In this document: positions 1-9,259 of the stretch, in pieces
Layout of the letters: each line of letters begins with the position of its first letter
Numbering within the stretch: the stretch's first letter is position 1
Origin: Chthonomonadales bacterium
Lineage (GTDB): Bacteria > Armatimonadota > Chthonomonadetes > Chthonomonadales > Chthonomonadaceae
DNA length: 29,812 bases
Reading direction: 5' to 3'
Assembly (NCBI GenBank): GCA_038217285.1
Contig: JBBQPO010000039.1
Location: forward strand, 1-29,812
The notes under the pieces: generated by a model
Databases searched by the model: none
What the model was told of the DNA's origin: nothing
The model's input: only the letters and a program-made list of their open reading frames with translations
Position numbers and translations under genes: made by a program

Positions 1-57
1 CGCCTCGGCTGAATGACCTAACCCTCGGTCGATTCTCTGCTTCGTTTGCTTCGCTCA

Positions 58-108
58 CGTACTCTACCCCCCTTCCCGTTTCGAGAAGGGGACGGGGGGT
101 AGAGTACG
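58..108. repeat. Strong inverted repeat (REP-like hairpin or possible terminator) just downstream of purH
   Basis: 15-bp perfect arms CGTACTCTACCCCCC (58-72) / GGGGGGTAGAGTACG (94-108); inner CCCCTTC...GAAGGGG resembles REP-type elements; no clear U-tract. Confidence 0.6.
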
Positions 109-119
109 CGGTGGGAGCT

Positions 120-1733
120 TTAATGGAAGAAGTGGCGAACGCCGGTGGTGACCATCGCAATACCGTGGCGATTGCAGACCTCGATGGTTTCGGAATCCTT
201 CTTCGATCCTCCCGGCTGGATGATCGCCGTGATACCGGCGGCGGCGGCGGCTTCCGGGCCGTCGGGGAACGGGAAGAAGGCATCGGACGCCATGACAGCG
301 CCCTTTGCCGCCTCGCCTGCCTGCTCGACCGCGAGTTTCACCGAACGCACACGATTCATCTGCCCCGCCCCGACGCCCACAACTTGCCGACCCTTCGTAA
401 AGACGATGGCGTTGCTCTTCACGTGCCGAACGACTCGCCAGGCGAACAGAAGCTCCGCGATTTCAGCCTCCGTCGGCACGCGCTCGGTCACGACCTTCAG
501 GTCGTCGGGTGTGATAACAAGATGATCTGGGTCCTGCACCAGGATTCCGCCGACGACGCGTTTGTAGTCGTAGCCGGTCGCCTTCGCTTTGGCGCGCCAT
601 CCGCGTAGATCCCCGACTTCAAGCAGCCGTAAGTCGGTTCCCCATCTCTTGCGCTCGGTCAGGATCCTGATGGCTTCCGGCTCATAACCGGGCGCGATGA
701 TCGCCTCGAAGAAGGTGTTCTTACCGGTGATCTCTTCGGCTGTCGCCACGTCCAGCGTCCGCGTCACGGCGAGAATACCGCCGAATGCCGAGATAGGATC
801 GCCGAGGCGCGCTTTCAGGAACGCCTCCGCCAGGGTGTCCGCAAGGCCGACACCGCAGGGGTTGGTGTGCTTGATAACGACTGCCGCCGCCTGATCTTCC
901 TCCGTAAACTCCTTGACCGTCTCCAGTGCGCCGTTCAGGTCGTAGAAGTTGTTGAACGAGAGTTCCTTACCGTGCAGTTGGCGCGCGTTCGCCACGCAAG
1001 GCTCCGACACGCCGGGGGCGATATAGAACGCCGCCTTCTGGTGTGGGTTCTCGCCGTAACGACAGTCCTGCGCTTTCTGGAAGCCGAAGGCGATCTCTTT
1101 CGGGAATGTGAGAGACGCGTCGCCCTCGGCGCTGAACCGATCCGCCAGCCAGCGGCTGATGTAGGCGTCGTACTGTCCCGTATGGGCATACGCTTTTGCG
1201 GCAAGCCGACGGCGGGTCTGCAGGGAGACATCACCGTCACCGTCCTGCATCTCCTTCAAAAGTTCTGCATAGTCCCCTGCGCTGACCACGACCAGAACGC
1301 CGGTGTGGTTCTTCGCGGCAGAACGAATCATCGCAGGACCGCCGATGTCGATGTTCTCGATCGCGTCTTCGAGCGCCACATCCGGTTTTGCGACCGTCGC
1401 TGCGAAGGGATAGAGATTGACACAGACCAGATCGATGGGTTGAATGGAGTGCTCCGCGATAGCCTCCATATGTTCCGGTTTGAACCGGTCGGCGAGCAGG
1501 CCGCCGTGTACCGCCGGATGCAGTGTCTTGACACGGCCCTCCAGCATCTCAGGAAAGCCAGTGACATCGCTGATATTCAGAACCGGCAGGCCCGCAGCGG
1601 CGATGGCCGAAGCCGTCCCGCCTGTTGAGATCAACTCGAAGCCGAGATCGACCAGCCCGCGTGCGAAATCGACCAGGCCGGTCTTGTCCGAAACACTGAG
1701 CAGGGCACGGCGCTTGGATGCGTGTGTCGTCAT
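120..1733 (-). CDS. purH: Bifunctional AICAR formyltransferase / IMP cyclohydrolase
   Basis: RALLSVSDKTG, GRVKTLHP, IDIGGP, RYGENPHQ, KHTNPCG, SDAFFPF and terminal RHFFH motifs; GAGGAG RBS upstream. Confidence 0.98.
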   Translation of the reverse strand: MTTHASKRRALLSVSDKTGLVDFARGLVDLGFELISTGGTASAIAAAGLPVLNISDVTGFPEMLEGRVKTLHPAVHGGLLADRFKPEHMEAIAEHSIQPIDLVCVNLYPFAATVAKPDVALEDAIENIDIGGPAMIRSAAKNHTGVLVVVSAGDYAELLKEMQDGDGDVSLQTRRRLAAKAYAHTGQYDAYISRWLADRFSAEGDASLTFPKEIAFGFQKAQDCRYGENPHQKAAFYIAPGVSEPCVANARQLHGKELSFNNFYDLNGALETVKEFTEEDQAAAVVIKHTNPCGVGLADTLAEAFLKARLGDPISAFGGILAVTRTLDVATAEEITGKNTFFEAIIAPGYEPEAIRILTERKRWGTDLRLLEVGDLRGWRAKAKATGYDYKRVVGGILVQDPDHLVITPDDLKVVTERVPTEAEIAELLFAWRVVRHVKSNAIVFTKGRQVVGVGAGQMNRVRSVKLAVEQAGEAAKGAVMASDAFFPFPDGPEAAAAAGITAIIQPGGSKKDSETIEVCNRHGIAMVTTGVRHFFH

Positions 1734-1780
1734 GGGGATCCATCTCCTCTATTCGAATGGTGCGCGAGGAGATCCAGGTG

Positions 1781-1833
1781 AAAACGTCAGAAACGCCCGG
1801 ACTCCCCGCAAGTGGTTGCAGGATGCCCAGGCG
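1781..1833 (-). terminator. Intrinsic terminator forming the riboswitch expression platform
   Basis: Minus strand CGCCTGGGC-ATCCTGCAA-ccac-TTGCGGGGA-GTCCGGGCG followed by TTTCTGACGTTTT; the 5' arm is the 3' end of the aptamer. Confidence 0.7.
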
Positions 1834-1899
1834 CGCGACCGAAACCACCGTGTAAGCTCCCCCGGGGTTGCTCCCCGCGAACGCCAGTAACCTACACGG
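1824..1899 (-). promoter_or_regulatory. ZMP/ZTP (pfl) riboswitch aptamer
   Basis: Minus strand CCGTGTAG-GTT-ACTGGCG-...CGGGG-AGCAA-CCCCG-GGGGAGC-TTACACGG-...-GGTCGCGCGCCTGGGCA: P1 pairing, conserved ACUGGCG and GGGGAGC, 3' CGCCUGGGC pseudoknot strand; located in the purH leader, a typical context. Confidence 0.93.
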
Positions 1900-1923
1900 C
1901 ACTGATTAACTTCTCTATAGTTC

Positions 1924-1953
1924 ATTCTACCGCGTACCAGGTTCCAGAGTCAA
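1924..1953 (-). promoter_or_regulatory. sigma70-type promoter for the purH leader
   Basis: TTGACT-N18-TAGAAT on the minus strand, ending about 25 nt before the aptamer. Confidence 0.65.
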
Positions 1954-2963
1954 GCCAGCGTGATAGGCTGCCCGGTTCGCATTGATTCGATGGCTGCGAG
2001 CGCGATCTGCACAGCGGCACGTCCGTCCTGTGGGGTGATACACGGGGTGACACCCTGCTCTACACAGTCACAGAAGTGCTGCAACTCGGCCTGATAGGGA
2101 TTCATGGCGACCGGACTCTCCGGAACGTCCACTCCTGGCCCCGGTACGCCCTCGGACGCCGCGATGGCGGAGCGAAACGGAGTGCCAGTCGGCTGGTTGA
2201 AGTTATACTCGAGCAAGCCGCCGTCTCCCGCGATTTCGACCGCGACCTTAAACCCGGAGGGATCGTTCCACGTGCCCTCCACATGGGCGATGGCCCCGCT
2301 CTTGAAGCGCAAAGTCACCAGGGCATAGTCGAAGGCCGGAAGGCAGGAGTCTCCCAGGCCACGCGCGTAAACCCGCTCGACGTCGCCAAAAACCCACCGC
2401 AGCCAGTCGAAGTCGTGAACGATCAGATCGAGGATCAAGCCGCCGCTCCGGTCGAAATCGGCATACCAGTCGTCCCAGGCGCGGGGCATCCGGCCACCGC
2501 GTCGGGTCCGGATGGCCGCCGGCTGCCCGACCGCACCCGCATCGACCTGCCGCTTCATCAAGGCAAATTCAGGGAAGAACCGCACGACCTGCGCGACAAA
2601 GAGAGGAATTCCAGCGCTTTCCACCGCCGCGATCATGCGATCACATTGTTCCAGGGACCGTCCCATCGGCTTCTCGGTCGAGATGCCCCGAATCCCCAAC
2701 TCTGCCGCCCGTTCCGCAGCCCTACACACATAATCGACATGGTATGGAGTCGGGCAGCAGACATCGACGATGTCGGGCCTCGTTACCGTCAGCATCGTCT
2801 CGAAGTCGGTAAAGGCGGTCGCCGAATGCGTTTCTGCCAGACTCTGCGCCGCTTCCGCGCGAATATCCATTACTCCCGCCACTACTGCGTTCGGAATGGC
2901 AGCGTAACACCCCGCGTGCGTTCGCGCCATCCCCCCTGCCCCCACCAGCGCCACTCGCAACAT
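1950..2963 (-). CDS. Gfo/Idh/MocA family NAD(P)-dependent oxidoreductase
   Basis: N-terminal GAGGMA Rossmann motif, EKPM, RFFP, GGLILDLIVHDFD; AGGAG RBS. Confidence 0.92.
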   Translation of the reverse strand: MLRVALVGAGGMARTHAGCYAAIPNAVVAGVMDIRAEAAQSLAETHSATAFTDFETMLTVTRPDIVDVCCPTPYHVDYVCRAAERAAELGIRGISTEKPMGRSLEQCDRMIAAVESAGIPLFVAQVVRFFPEFALMKRQVDAGAVGQPAAIRTRRGGRMPRAWDDWYADFDRSGGLILDLIVHDFDWLRWVFGDVERVYARGLGDSCLPAFDYALVTLRFKSGAIAHVEGTWNDPSGFKVAVEIAGDGGLLEYNFNQPTGTPFRSAIAASEGVPGPGVDVPESPVAMNPYQAELQHFCDCVEQGVTPCITPQDGRAAVQIALAAIESMRTGQPITLA

Positions 2964-3240
2964 AGTCCCTACTCCTAGTCTGAATGCCCCCTATTTCCCG
3001 ATTGCACCGTCCGCTTCCTTCCTGAAGTGCTACCCCTCCGTGTAACTTTGGCCACGCCGAAACTGTCATCTGCACTACCGTTGTGCGCGTTCGTCTCCAT
3101 ACGGAGGCAAATTGCGGTATCATTTCCTGTGGACGAGAAAACCATGGTGGGGACGAAAAGATTTCGGCGACAGGATTTCGCCGCACAAGGTCTGTGCGGG
3201 TGCTCAACACTGAACCGAAACGAGTCGAAGGAGATAGCGT

Positions 3241-5043
3241 GTGAACAACTGGAAGCGTACGGAACACTGCGGGACAATGCGGTCCTCTGACATCGACAAG
3301 GAAGTCGTGCTGAATGGGTGGGCGCATCGGCAGCGCGACTTCGGGGATCTGGTTTTCATCGATCTTCGCGATAGAACCGGGCTGGTGCAGGTCGTCGTAG
3401 ATAAGAAGGACGTACCCGAGCTTGTTGCTACCGCCAACAGCCTGCGCAATGAGTTCGTGTTGAGTGTGCGTGGTGTGGTGAGGGCGCGGAGGCAGGGAAC
3501 GGAAAACGCCAACCTGGAGACCGGGGAGATTGAAATCGCCGCGACCGGACTGGAGATTTTGAATGCCTCGCGCGGCCTGCCGTTTCAGGTCTCCGATGAG
3601 GAGCAGATGCGCCTTGTGGACGAGACACTGCGCGTAAAATACCGATACCTCGACCTGCGCCGCCCGAAAATGTATGCCATGCTCGAGATGCGGCATCGGG
3701 CCATCAAGCGAATTCGCGACTACATGGATCGCCAGAGTTTTATCGAGATCGAGACGCCTCTTTTTACGAAGAGTACGCCGGAGGGCGCGCGCGACTACCT
3801 GGTTCCCTACCGTCTCGAACCCGGCCTCTTCTACGCGCTGCCGCAGTCACCGCAGCAGTACAAGCAGTTGTTGATGGTCGCTGGCTGCGAGCGCTACTTT
3901 CAGATCGCCCGTTGCTTCCGCGACGAGGCCCAACGCGCGGATCGCCTGCCGGAGTTCACGCAACTGGATGTCGAGATGTCGTTCGTTGAGCAGGAGGATG
4001 TTCTGCAGCTCATCGAAGGCATGACCATCGATGTCGTTGAGCATTTGAGTGAGAAGCAGTTGCCGCAACCTTTTCCTCGCCTGACCTACGACGAAGCGAT
4101 GAGCCGTTTTGGCAGCGACAAGCCCGACCTGCGCTTTGGACTGGAACTGGTGGATCTCGGTGCCATCGTTCGGCCAGCCGAATTCGCCGTCTTCGAATCC
4201 GCGCTGGTGAACGGGGGCCAGGTAAAGGCCGTCCGCTATCCCGGCGGAGCCAGTCTGTCCCGCAAAGAGGGAGACGATCTGGGGAACTTCTGTAAGGCGT
4301 TTGGGGCGAAGGGGTTGGCGATGATCGCCGTCACACAGCCGAACCCGGCGGAGGTGAAGTCCCCACTCAGCAAATTCCTGTCCGACGACGTCATGCAAGA
4401 GGTTCTCACGGCCGTGGCGGCGGAAGCGGGCGATCTAATTTGCATCGTTGCGGACGCCAAGCCATCGGTGGTCGCCAACGTGCTCGGAAGGCTCCGGTTG
4501 GAGATCGGAACCCGCAAGGGCCTGCGCGACCCGAACGTTCTCCAGTTCGCGCTCATCACCGACTTTCCGCTGGTGCAGTGGAATGAGGAGGGCCAGCGAT
4601 GGGAGGCCGAGCACCACCCCTTCACCATGCCTTACGAGGAACATCTGGCCTACTTCGACACCGACCCCTCGAAAATCAGGGCGCAGTGTTACGACCTCGT
4701 CTGTAATGGGCAGGAGTCGGGTTCCGGCAGCATTCGGATCCATCGCGCCGATATTCAGACCCGAGTCTTCGATCTGCTTGGAATCTCTCGGGAGACCCAA
4801 CAGGAGCGGTTCGGCCATATCCTGGAGGCATTCGCCTACGGCGCGCCCCCGCACGGCGGGTTCGCCACCGGAATCGACCGCCTGCTGATGAACCTGCTGG
4901 ACGAGCCGAATATCCGCGAAGTGATCGCGTTCCCCAAAATGGGCTTTGGCTACGACCCGCTCATGGACGCGCCCTCGACAGTCGACGACGCCCAGTTGCT
5001 GGAACTGGGCCTGCGCATCATTCCCCGCAAGAAAGCCGATTAG
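3241..5043 (+). CDS. aspS: Aspartate--tRNA ligase (bacterial type with GAD insertion)
   Basis: OB-fold FIDLRDRTG, STPEGARDYLVP, ALPQSPQ, motif 2 CFRDE..RADR.PEFTQ, HHPFT, motif 3 PPHGG..GIDR; GTG start with AAGGAG RBS. Confidence 0.98.
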   Translation: MNNWKRTEHCGTMRSSDIDKEVVLNGWAHRQRDFGDLVFIDLRDRTGLVQVVVDKKDVPELVATANSLRNEFVLSVRGVVRARRQGTENANLETGEIEIAATGLEILNASRGLPFQVSDEEQMRLVDETLRVKYRYLDLRRPKMYAMLEMRHRAIKRIRDYMDRQSFIEIETPLFTKSTPEGARDYLVPYRLEPGLFYALPQSPQQYKQLLMVAGCERYFQIARCFRDEAQRADRLPEFTQLDVEMSFVEQEDVLQLIEGMTIDVVEHLSEKQLPQPFPRLTYDEAMSRFGSDKPDLRFGLELVDLGAIVRPAEFAVFESALVNGGQVKAVRYPGGASLSRKEGDDLGNFCKAFGAKGLAMIAVTQPNPAEVKSPLSKFLSDDVMQEVLTAVAAEAGDLICIVADAKPSVVANVLGRLRLEIGTRKGLRDPNVLQFALITDFPLVQWNEEGQRWEAEHHPFTMPYEEHLAYFDTDPSKIRAQCYDLVCNGQESGSGSIRIHRADIQTRVFDLLGISRETQQERFGHILEAFAYGAPPHGGFATGIDRLLMNLLDEPNIREVIAFPKMGFGYDPLMDAPSTVDDAQLLELGLRIIPRKKAD

Positions 5044-5046
5044 CGG

Positions 5047-6633
5047 TCAGTTACGCGCCGTGTCCTTCAGTAGAGAACCGACAGGAGGCAGAAGGGTTCG
5101 CCCTTCTGCCTCGATCAGTTTCTGGAACCGTGCTTTGATCGGAGCGGTTCTGGACTGCTGGAGCTCGTGGGCGAGCACGACGCTCTTGCCGAGCCGCACG
5201 AAGCGCAGCATTTTGGATTCCGCGATATTTTGCGTTTCGCCCTCCTCATCGGCCTTTTCGACGGCATTGTTGGCCGCCAGCAGTTCCTTCCATTTGCCGT
5301 CTGCCACCTCGCGTTCCAGGCGCGCCGTGGCGTCTTTGCGCGCCTGCGCATACGCAGGAGAGGTGGAGGAACGAAGGTCGGGATACCGGCTCAAGAGCGT
5401 CCGACGTCCCTCCTTGAGTAGCGTATCGAATTTCGTCTGGGCCTGCCGATAGTGTGCCAGCCACTGCGGATCGCGGGCGTTCCCATTCCCGCCAGGGAAA
5501 ACGCGGTCGTAGGCCGTCTTCAGTCGGTCGTCGCCACTCAGGCGAAGCCGGCTCGAGAGTCCTTCCAGCGCTTCCTTTTGCGCCGGGTCCGCCCACGACA
5601 CGATGGTCGTCCACGGAATCTGGAAGACGTTGGCATCGCTCATGGGGACGAAGCGGCGCAGGAAGACGTCCGAGGTGCAGACCGGGACGTCGATTGAATC
5701 GTCGTTTACGAGCGTGTAGCAGAAGGCTTCGTTCATACCGACGCGACCGTCGTGATTGTAGTCGCAGCCGGTCACCACTCGCCCAATCCGGTCCCGCCCG
5801 GTGAGTCCGGCGAAAAAATAGGAGGTGAAGTCGTGGTACTCCGCTTCGTTGACCGCCGACGTACAGCCCGCCGCGACCCGCGTGTTGACCGTCGCGTAGA
5901 ATCCCGCGAAGTCGCGCGAGATGACATCGCCCTTCGGATCACCACCCTCGAACAGTAGATTGCCGAAGGCCCCGGAGAAGCACTGCACCATGACCACGGT
6001 CACCGGCGCGTCGGCGGGCAGCTTTTCGAGATGCCGAGCGCAGTCCCGCACACTCAGCACTTCGTCCTTCCCCCACATATCGTAGACATTGTTGTCATAG
6101 TCCGATTTGCCGGGACTGCCGTGGCCGGTGAAATAGAGCAGAAGCTGGCGGTTGAGCGTCTCCGGTTCCTGGGCGATTTTGCCGATCTGCCGTGCAAACT
6201 CCCATCGTTTAGAAGGGCCGTCAATCTTACCGATATTGGGCTTGCGATAGTGGGAAGTGGAGTCCGACTCCCCATCGGTCCCTCGCAGAAAGAGGTCGAG
6301 CAGAAACGCCCCGGTCGCCTGTTTGGACACGTCCTCATCGTAGAGAACGGAGGCGTGATTGGCGTCGCCATCGGCGAACACGGTCGTCTGAACCGTTCCT
6401 TTCGGCAGTAGTTTGCGGACATAGCGAACGTTGCTTTCGATCGCCACCTGATTATACGAAAGGCTTGGTCCGCCGCCGACGATGAGAACGCGCAGCGGGT
6501 CGTACAGTCTGCCATCGACGGCATGGACCGTAAAGGCCGGCAAGAGGAAGCCGACGCAGAGCAGTCCCACCAGAGGCCGCAACCCGGCGTGGGAGCGAAC
6601 ACGGAATTGACGAAGCAGTCGAGACTGAATCAT
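5047..6633 (-). CDS. Secreted caspase/legumain-like (clan CD) cysteine peptidase domain protein
   Basis: Hydrophobic signal-like segment ending VHA; LYFTGHGS (His) and VVMVQCFSG (Cys) dyad; DYNHDGRVGMNEA EF-hand-like loop; helical C-terminus. Start uncertain (6633 vs 6729). Confidence 0.65.
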   Translation of the reverse strand: MIQSRLLRQFRVRSHAGLRPLVGLLCVGFLLPAFTVHAVDGRLYDPLRVLIVGGGPSLSYNQVAIESNVRYVRKLLPKGTVQTTVFADGDANHASVLYDEDVSKQATGAFLLDLFLRGTDGESDSTSHYRKPNIGKIDGPSKRWEFARQIGKIAQEPETLNRQLLLYFTGHGSPGKSDYDNNVYDMWGKDEVLSVRDCARHLEKLPADAPVTVVMVQCFSGAFGNLLFEGGDPKGDVISRDFAGFYATVNTRVAAGCTSAVNEAEYHDFTSYFFAGLTGRDRIGRVVTGCDYNHDGRVGMNEAFCYTLVNDDSIDVPVCTSDVFLRRFVPMSDANVFQIPWTTIVSWADPAQKEALEGLSSRLRLSGDDRLKTAYDRVFPGGNGNARDPQWLAHYRQAQTKFDTLLKEGRRTLLSRYPDLRSSTSPAYAQARKDATARLEREVADGKWKELLAANNAVEKADEEGETQNIAESKMLRFVRLGKSVVLAHELQQSRTAPIKARFQKLIEAEGRTLLPPVGSLLKDTARN

Positions 6634-6781
6634 AACGCGCAGCCTTTCCAAACAGAGGTCGAATGCGAAAAAGCGGCAGGGCATCCCCGGAACCACGACG
6701 AACAGGGTTCGGTGACGGCTCCAGGACATATCCTCACTACGCAGAGACGAGTCCAGGCGGTTCCAGGCACGGTAGATTTGT

Positions 6782-7819
6782 TCAGGACGTCTCGGACGGT
6801 GTCGTCGACCGGCTTTTACCGGTCGCCGCCGTCAGATCGGCGCCGGAATGGGCCCGTGCTTCGGCAGCGCGGATGCCATAACTTCGGGTAGCGAAGTCGG
6901 CGGCGATCTCCGCGCCGAGCAGCAGAATACTCATCGAATAGAAGGCCCAGACGACGAGTATCACCAGTCCGCCAAGCGGCCCGTAGAGCCTGTCATAACT
7001 GTGATAGTGGCTGAGATAGACCCCGAACCCTGCGAGAGTCAACTGCCAGAAGAGCGCCGCGACGCCTGCACCCAGAAACGCAGCCCGCCAGGGAACCGTG
7101 TAGGAGGGCAGGACACGGTACAGCGTGGCAAATAGTATGGCCAGGATCAGCATCGGCAGCAGTCCGATAAGTAGACCGGAGACGTGGGTCGCGATAGGAC
7201 CGGAGACGTAGGGAATACTGTAGCGGGAGACATAGGCAAAGAGACCGACGGCAGCCATGTTGACGCCCATGAGCGCGATCGCATAGAACGACAGTCCGAA
7301 GGCGATCAGCCGTTGTTTGACCCAGTGGCGTGTTTCCGTGACACCCCAGATGATATTCATCGCCGGCTGAAGCGCAAGGAACGCTTGATGCGCCCCGTAG
7401 AGCAGTCCGCCCAGCCCGAGGACGCCGATCAGCGCACGGTCCGAAAGAATATGTTTCAGAATGTCGTTGACCGCCTGCAGCATTCCGGGATCTCGCGGCA
7501 CGTAGGCGCGAATAGCGCCCTCAACCTGATGCAGCGCCCGTTGCGAGCCTCCCAGGAAGAAGCCGAGTGCGGCAATTCCTACCACCAGGATAGGAACTAG
7601 GGAGAGCAGAGCGCAGTAGGCGCAGGCACAGGCCATCAGGCCGCACTGGTGAGTGTTATAGGCGTCGATCAGACGCTGAAGGTAACAGACGACGCGTTTG
7701 AAGGAGCCGCCTTTTTCCGCCGCCTCTTCGCAGTCTGTGAGATCGGCGATGTGATGCTTCACCCTATGGACGGACCACCAGTGATGCTGTCGCTCCGGAG
7801 TGCGTTCGGGTTCCGTCAT
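6782..7819 (-). CDS. YihY/virulence factor BrkB family membrane protein
   Basis: Multiple TM segments; AYCALLSLVP, LYRVLP, YDRLYGPLGGLVILVVWAFY...LLGAE. Confidence 0.9.
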   Translation of the reverse strand: MTEPERTPERQHHWWSVHRVKHHIADLTDCEEAAEKGGSFKRVVCYLQRLIDAYNTHQCGLMACACAYCALLSLVPILVVGIAALGFFLGGSQRALHQVEGAIRAYVPRDPGMLQAVNDILKHILSDRALIGVLGLGGLLYGAHQAFLALQPAMNIIWGVTETRHWVKQRLIAFGLSFYAIALMGVNMAAVGLFAYVSRYSIPYVSGPIATHVSGLLIGLLPMLILAILFATLYRVLPSYTVPWRAAFLGAGVAALFWQLTLAGFGVYLSHYHSYDRLYGPLGGLVILVVWAFYSMSILLLGAEIAADFATRSYGIRAAEARAHSGADLTAATGKSRSTTPSETS

Positions 7820-7833
7820 GGGAGTTTGTTTTC

Positions 7834-8442
7834 CTAAAAGATCGTTCGTAGCGCCGTTATGGCCTGCTCCAGCGCCTTGCCGCGGTGACTGATACGGTGC
7901 TTCTCCTGTGGTGACAGTTCGGCCATGTGACTTCTTGTTTCCGGCAGGACAAAAATAGGATCGTAGCCGAACCCATATGTGCCCCGCATCTCGGTTCCGA
8001 TTTGACCTTCACAGGTCCCCACACAGTCGAAGCGCCGACCGTCCGGGGTGAGCACCACGACAGCGCACTGGAAGCGACATGTCCGTTTTTCGACAGGCAC
8101 GTCCGCCATCATCTCCATGATCCGGCGCATCTTCTCGGAGAACGGCGTCTCCATACCCAGAAATCGATGCGAATGGACGCCCGGACTGCCGTTTAGGGCA
8201 TCGATACAGAGCCCTCCATCGTCCGCTATGGAGACCAGCCCGGTCAGTTCGACGGCGGCTGCCGCCTTGAGATAGGCGTTCTCCAGAAACGTCGCGCCCG
8301 TCTCGTCCACTTCCGGGGCGTCGGGATAGTCCGCCAGGGACGCAAACGCAATGTTAAGATTCGCCGCCCCCAGTATCTCTGCCATCTCACCGCCCTTCTT
8401 CAGGTTGGTGGTGGCGATAAGAAGTTTGCGCTCGAAAGTCAC
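7834..8442 (-). CDS. rdgB: Non-canonical purine NTP pyrophosphatase (RdgB/HAM1)
   Basis: [35 protein letters not shown] overlap with rph. Confidence 0.95.
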   Translation of the reverse strand: MTFERKLLIATTNLKKGGEMAEILGAANLNIAFASLADYPDAPEVDETGATFLENAYLKAAAAVELTGLVSIADDGGLCIDALNGSPGVHSHRFLGMETPFSEKMRRIMEMMADVPVEKRTCRFQCAVVVLTPDGRRFDCVGTCEGQIGTEMRGTYGFGYDPIFVLPETRSHMAELSPQEKHRISHRGKALEQAITALRTIF

Positions 8443-9164
8443 AGGATGCCCTCCAACGCGGCCCGCTGAAGCCTGAAAAGCTCGTCAAGTCCGATCTGCG
8501 CGAGATCTAACAGCCGATTCAAACGATTGCGGTCGAAGGGCGTCTTTTCACCCGTGCCCTGGACTTCGATGTAACGGCCTTTGTCCATCGCAACCACGTT
8601 AAGGTCGACGTTGCACTTGCCGTCTTCCTCATAGCACATGTCGAGGATCTCGTCGGAACCGACGACCCCGACGCTGATCGCCGCGACCTGACCGAGCAGC
8701 GGCATGCGGTTTATCTGTTTGGCATTGACCAGTTTACGACACGCCTCCGCGACGGCCACATAGCTGCCTGTAATCGCGGCGCAGCGCGTACCGGCATCCG
8801 CCTGGAGCACATCGCAGTCGATCCAGAGGGTGCGGTCTCCGAGGACTGGCATCTCGACGACCGTGCGCAGGCTGCGCCCGATGAGCCGTTGAATCTCGAC
8901 CGTCCGCCCGCCCGGGCCGTTCTTGGTTTCGCGCTGCGTGCGGGTGTTTGTGGCGCGCGGAAGCATGCCATATTCGGCGGTTACCCAGCCCGGCAGTCCC
9001 TCCGCTTTTCGGAATGACGGGATCTTCTCTTCTATGGAGACGGTGCAGATTACTCTGGTGTTCCCCATCTCGATCAGGCACGAGCCCTCCGCGTTGGGCA
9101 TGAAGCCCCGCGTTATCTTTGCGGGGCGCATCTGTGCGCTCCCTCTTCCGTCTATGCGCGGCAT
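8439..9164 (-). CDS. rph: Ribonuclease PH
   Basis: [54 protein letters not shown]. Confidence 0.97.
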   Translation of the reverse strand: MPRIDGRGSAQMRPAKITRGFMPNAEGSCLIEMGNTRVICTVSIEEKIPSFRKAEGLPGWVTAEYGMLPRATNTRTQRETKNGPGGRTVEIQRLIGRSLRTVVEMPVLGDRTLWIDCDVLQADAGTRCAAITGSYVAVAEACRKLVNAKQINRMPLLGQVAAISVGVVGSDEILDMCYEEDGKCNVDLNVVAMDKGRYIEVQGTGEKTPFDRNRLNRLLDLAQIGLDELFRLQRAALEGIL

Positions 9165-9194
9165 GAGCGTGTTCCCCTCGAATCAAAACGAATT

Positions 9195-9228
9195 TGGCGC
9201 GTTCCGGAACCGGTTCCGGAACGCGCCA
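9195..9228. repeat. 34-bp perfect palindrome built from two palindromic 10-mers
   Basis: TGGCGC-GTTCCGGAAC-CG-GTTCCGGAAC-GCGCCA equals its own reverse complement. Confidence 0.9.
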
Positions 9229-9259
9229 GACTTCGACATCAAGGCCGATATTTCCTGCC

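Noticed and set aside
3121..3240. T-box riboswitch upstream of aspS
   Set aside because: No GGTGGNACCRCG T-box sequence, no specifier stem, and the leader appears too short
6738..6764. GGAAC-N18-CGTA upstream of the protease as a sixth ECF site
   Set aside because: Spacer and -10 both deviate from the other five sites
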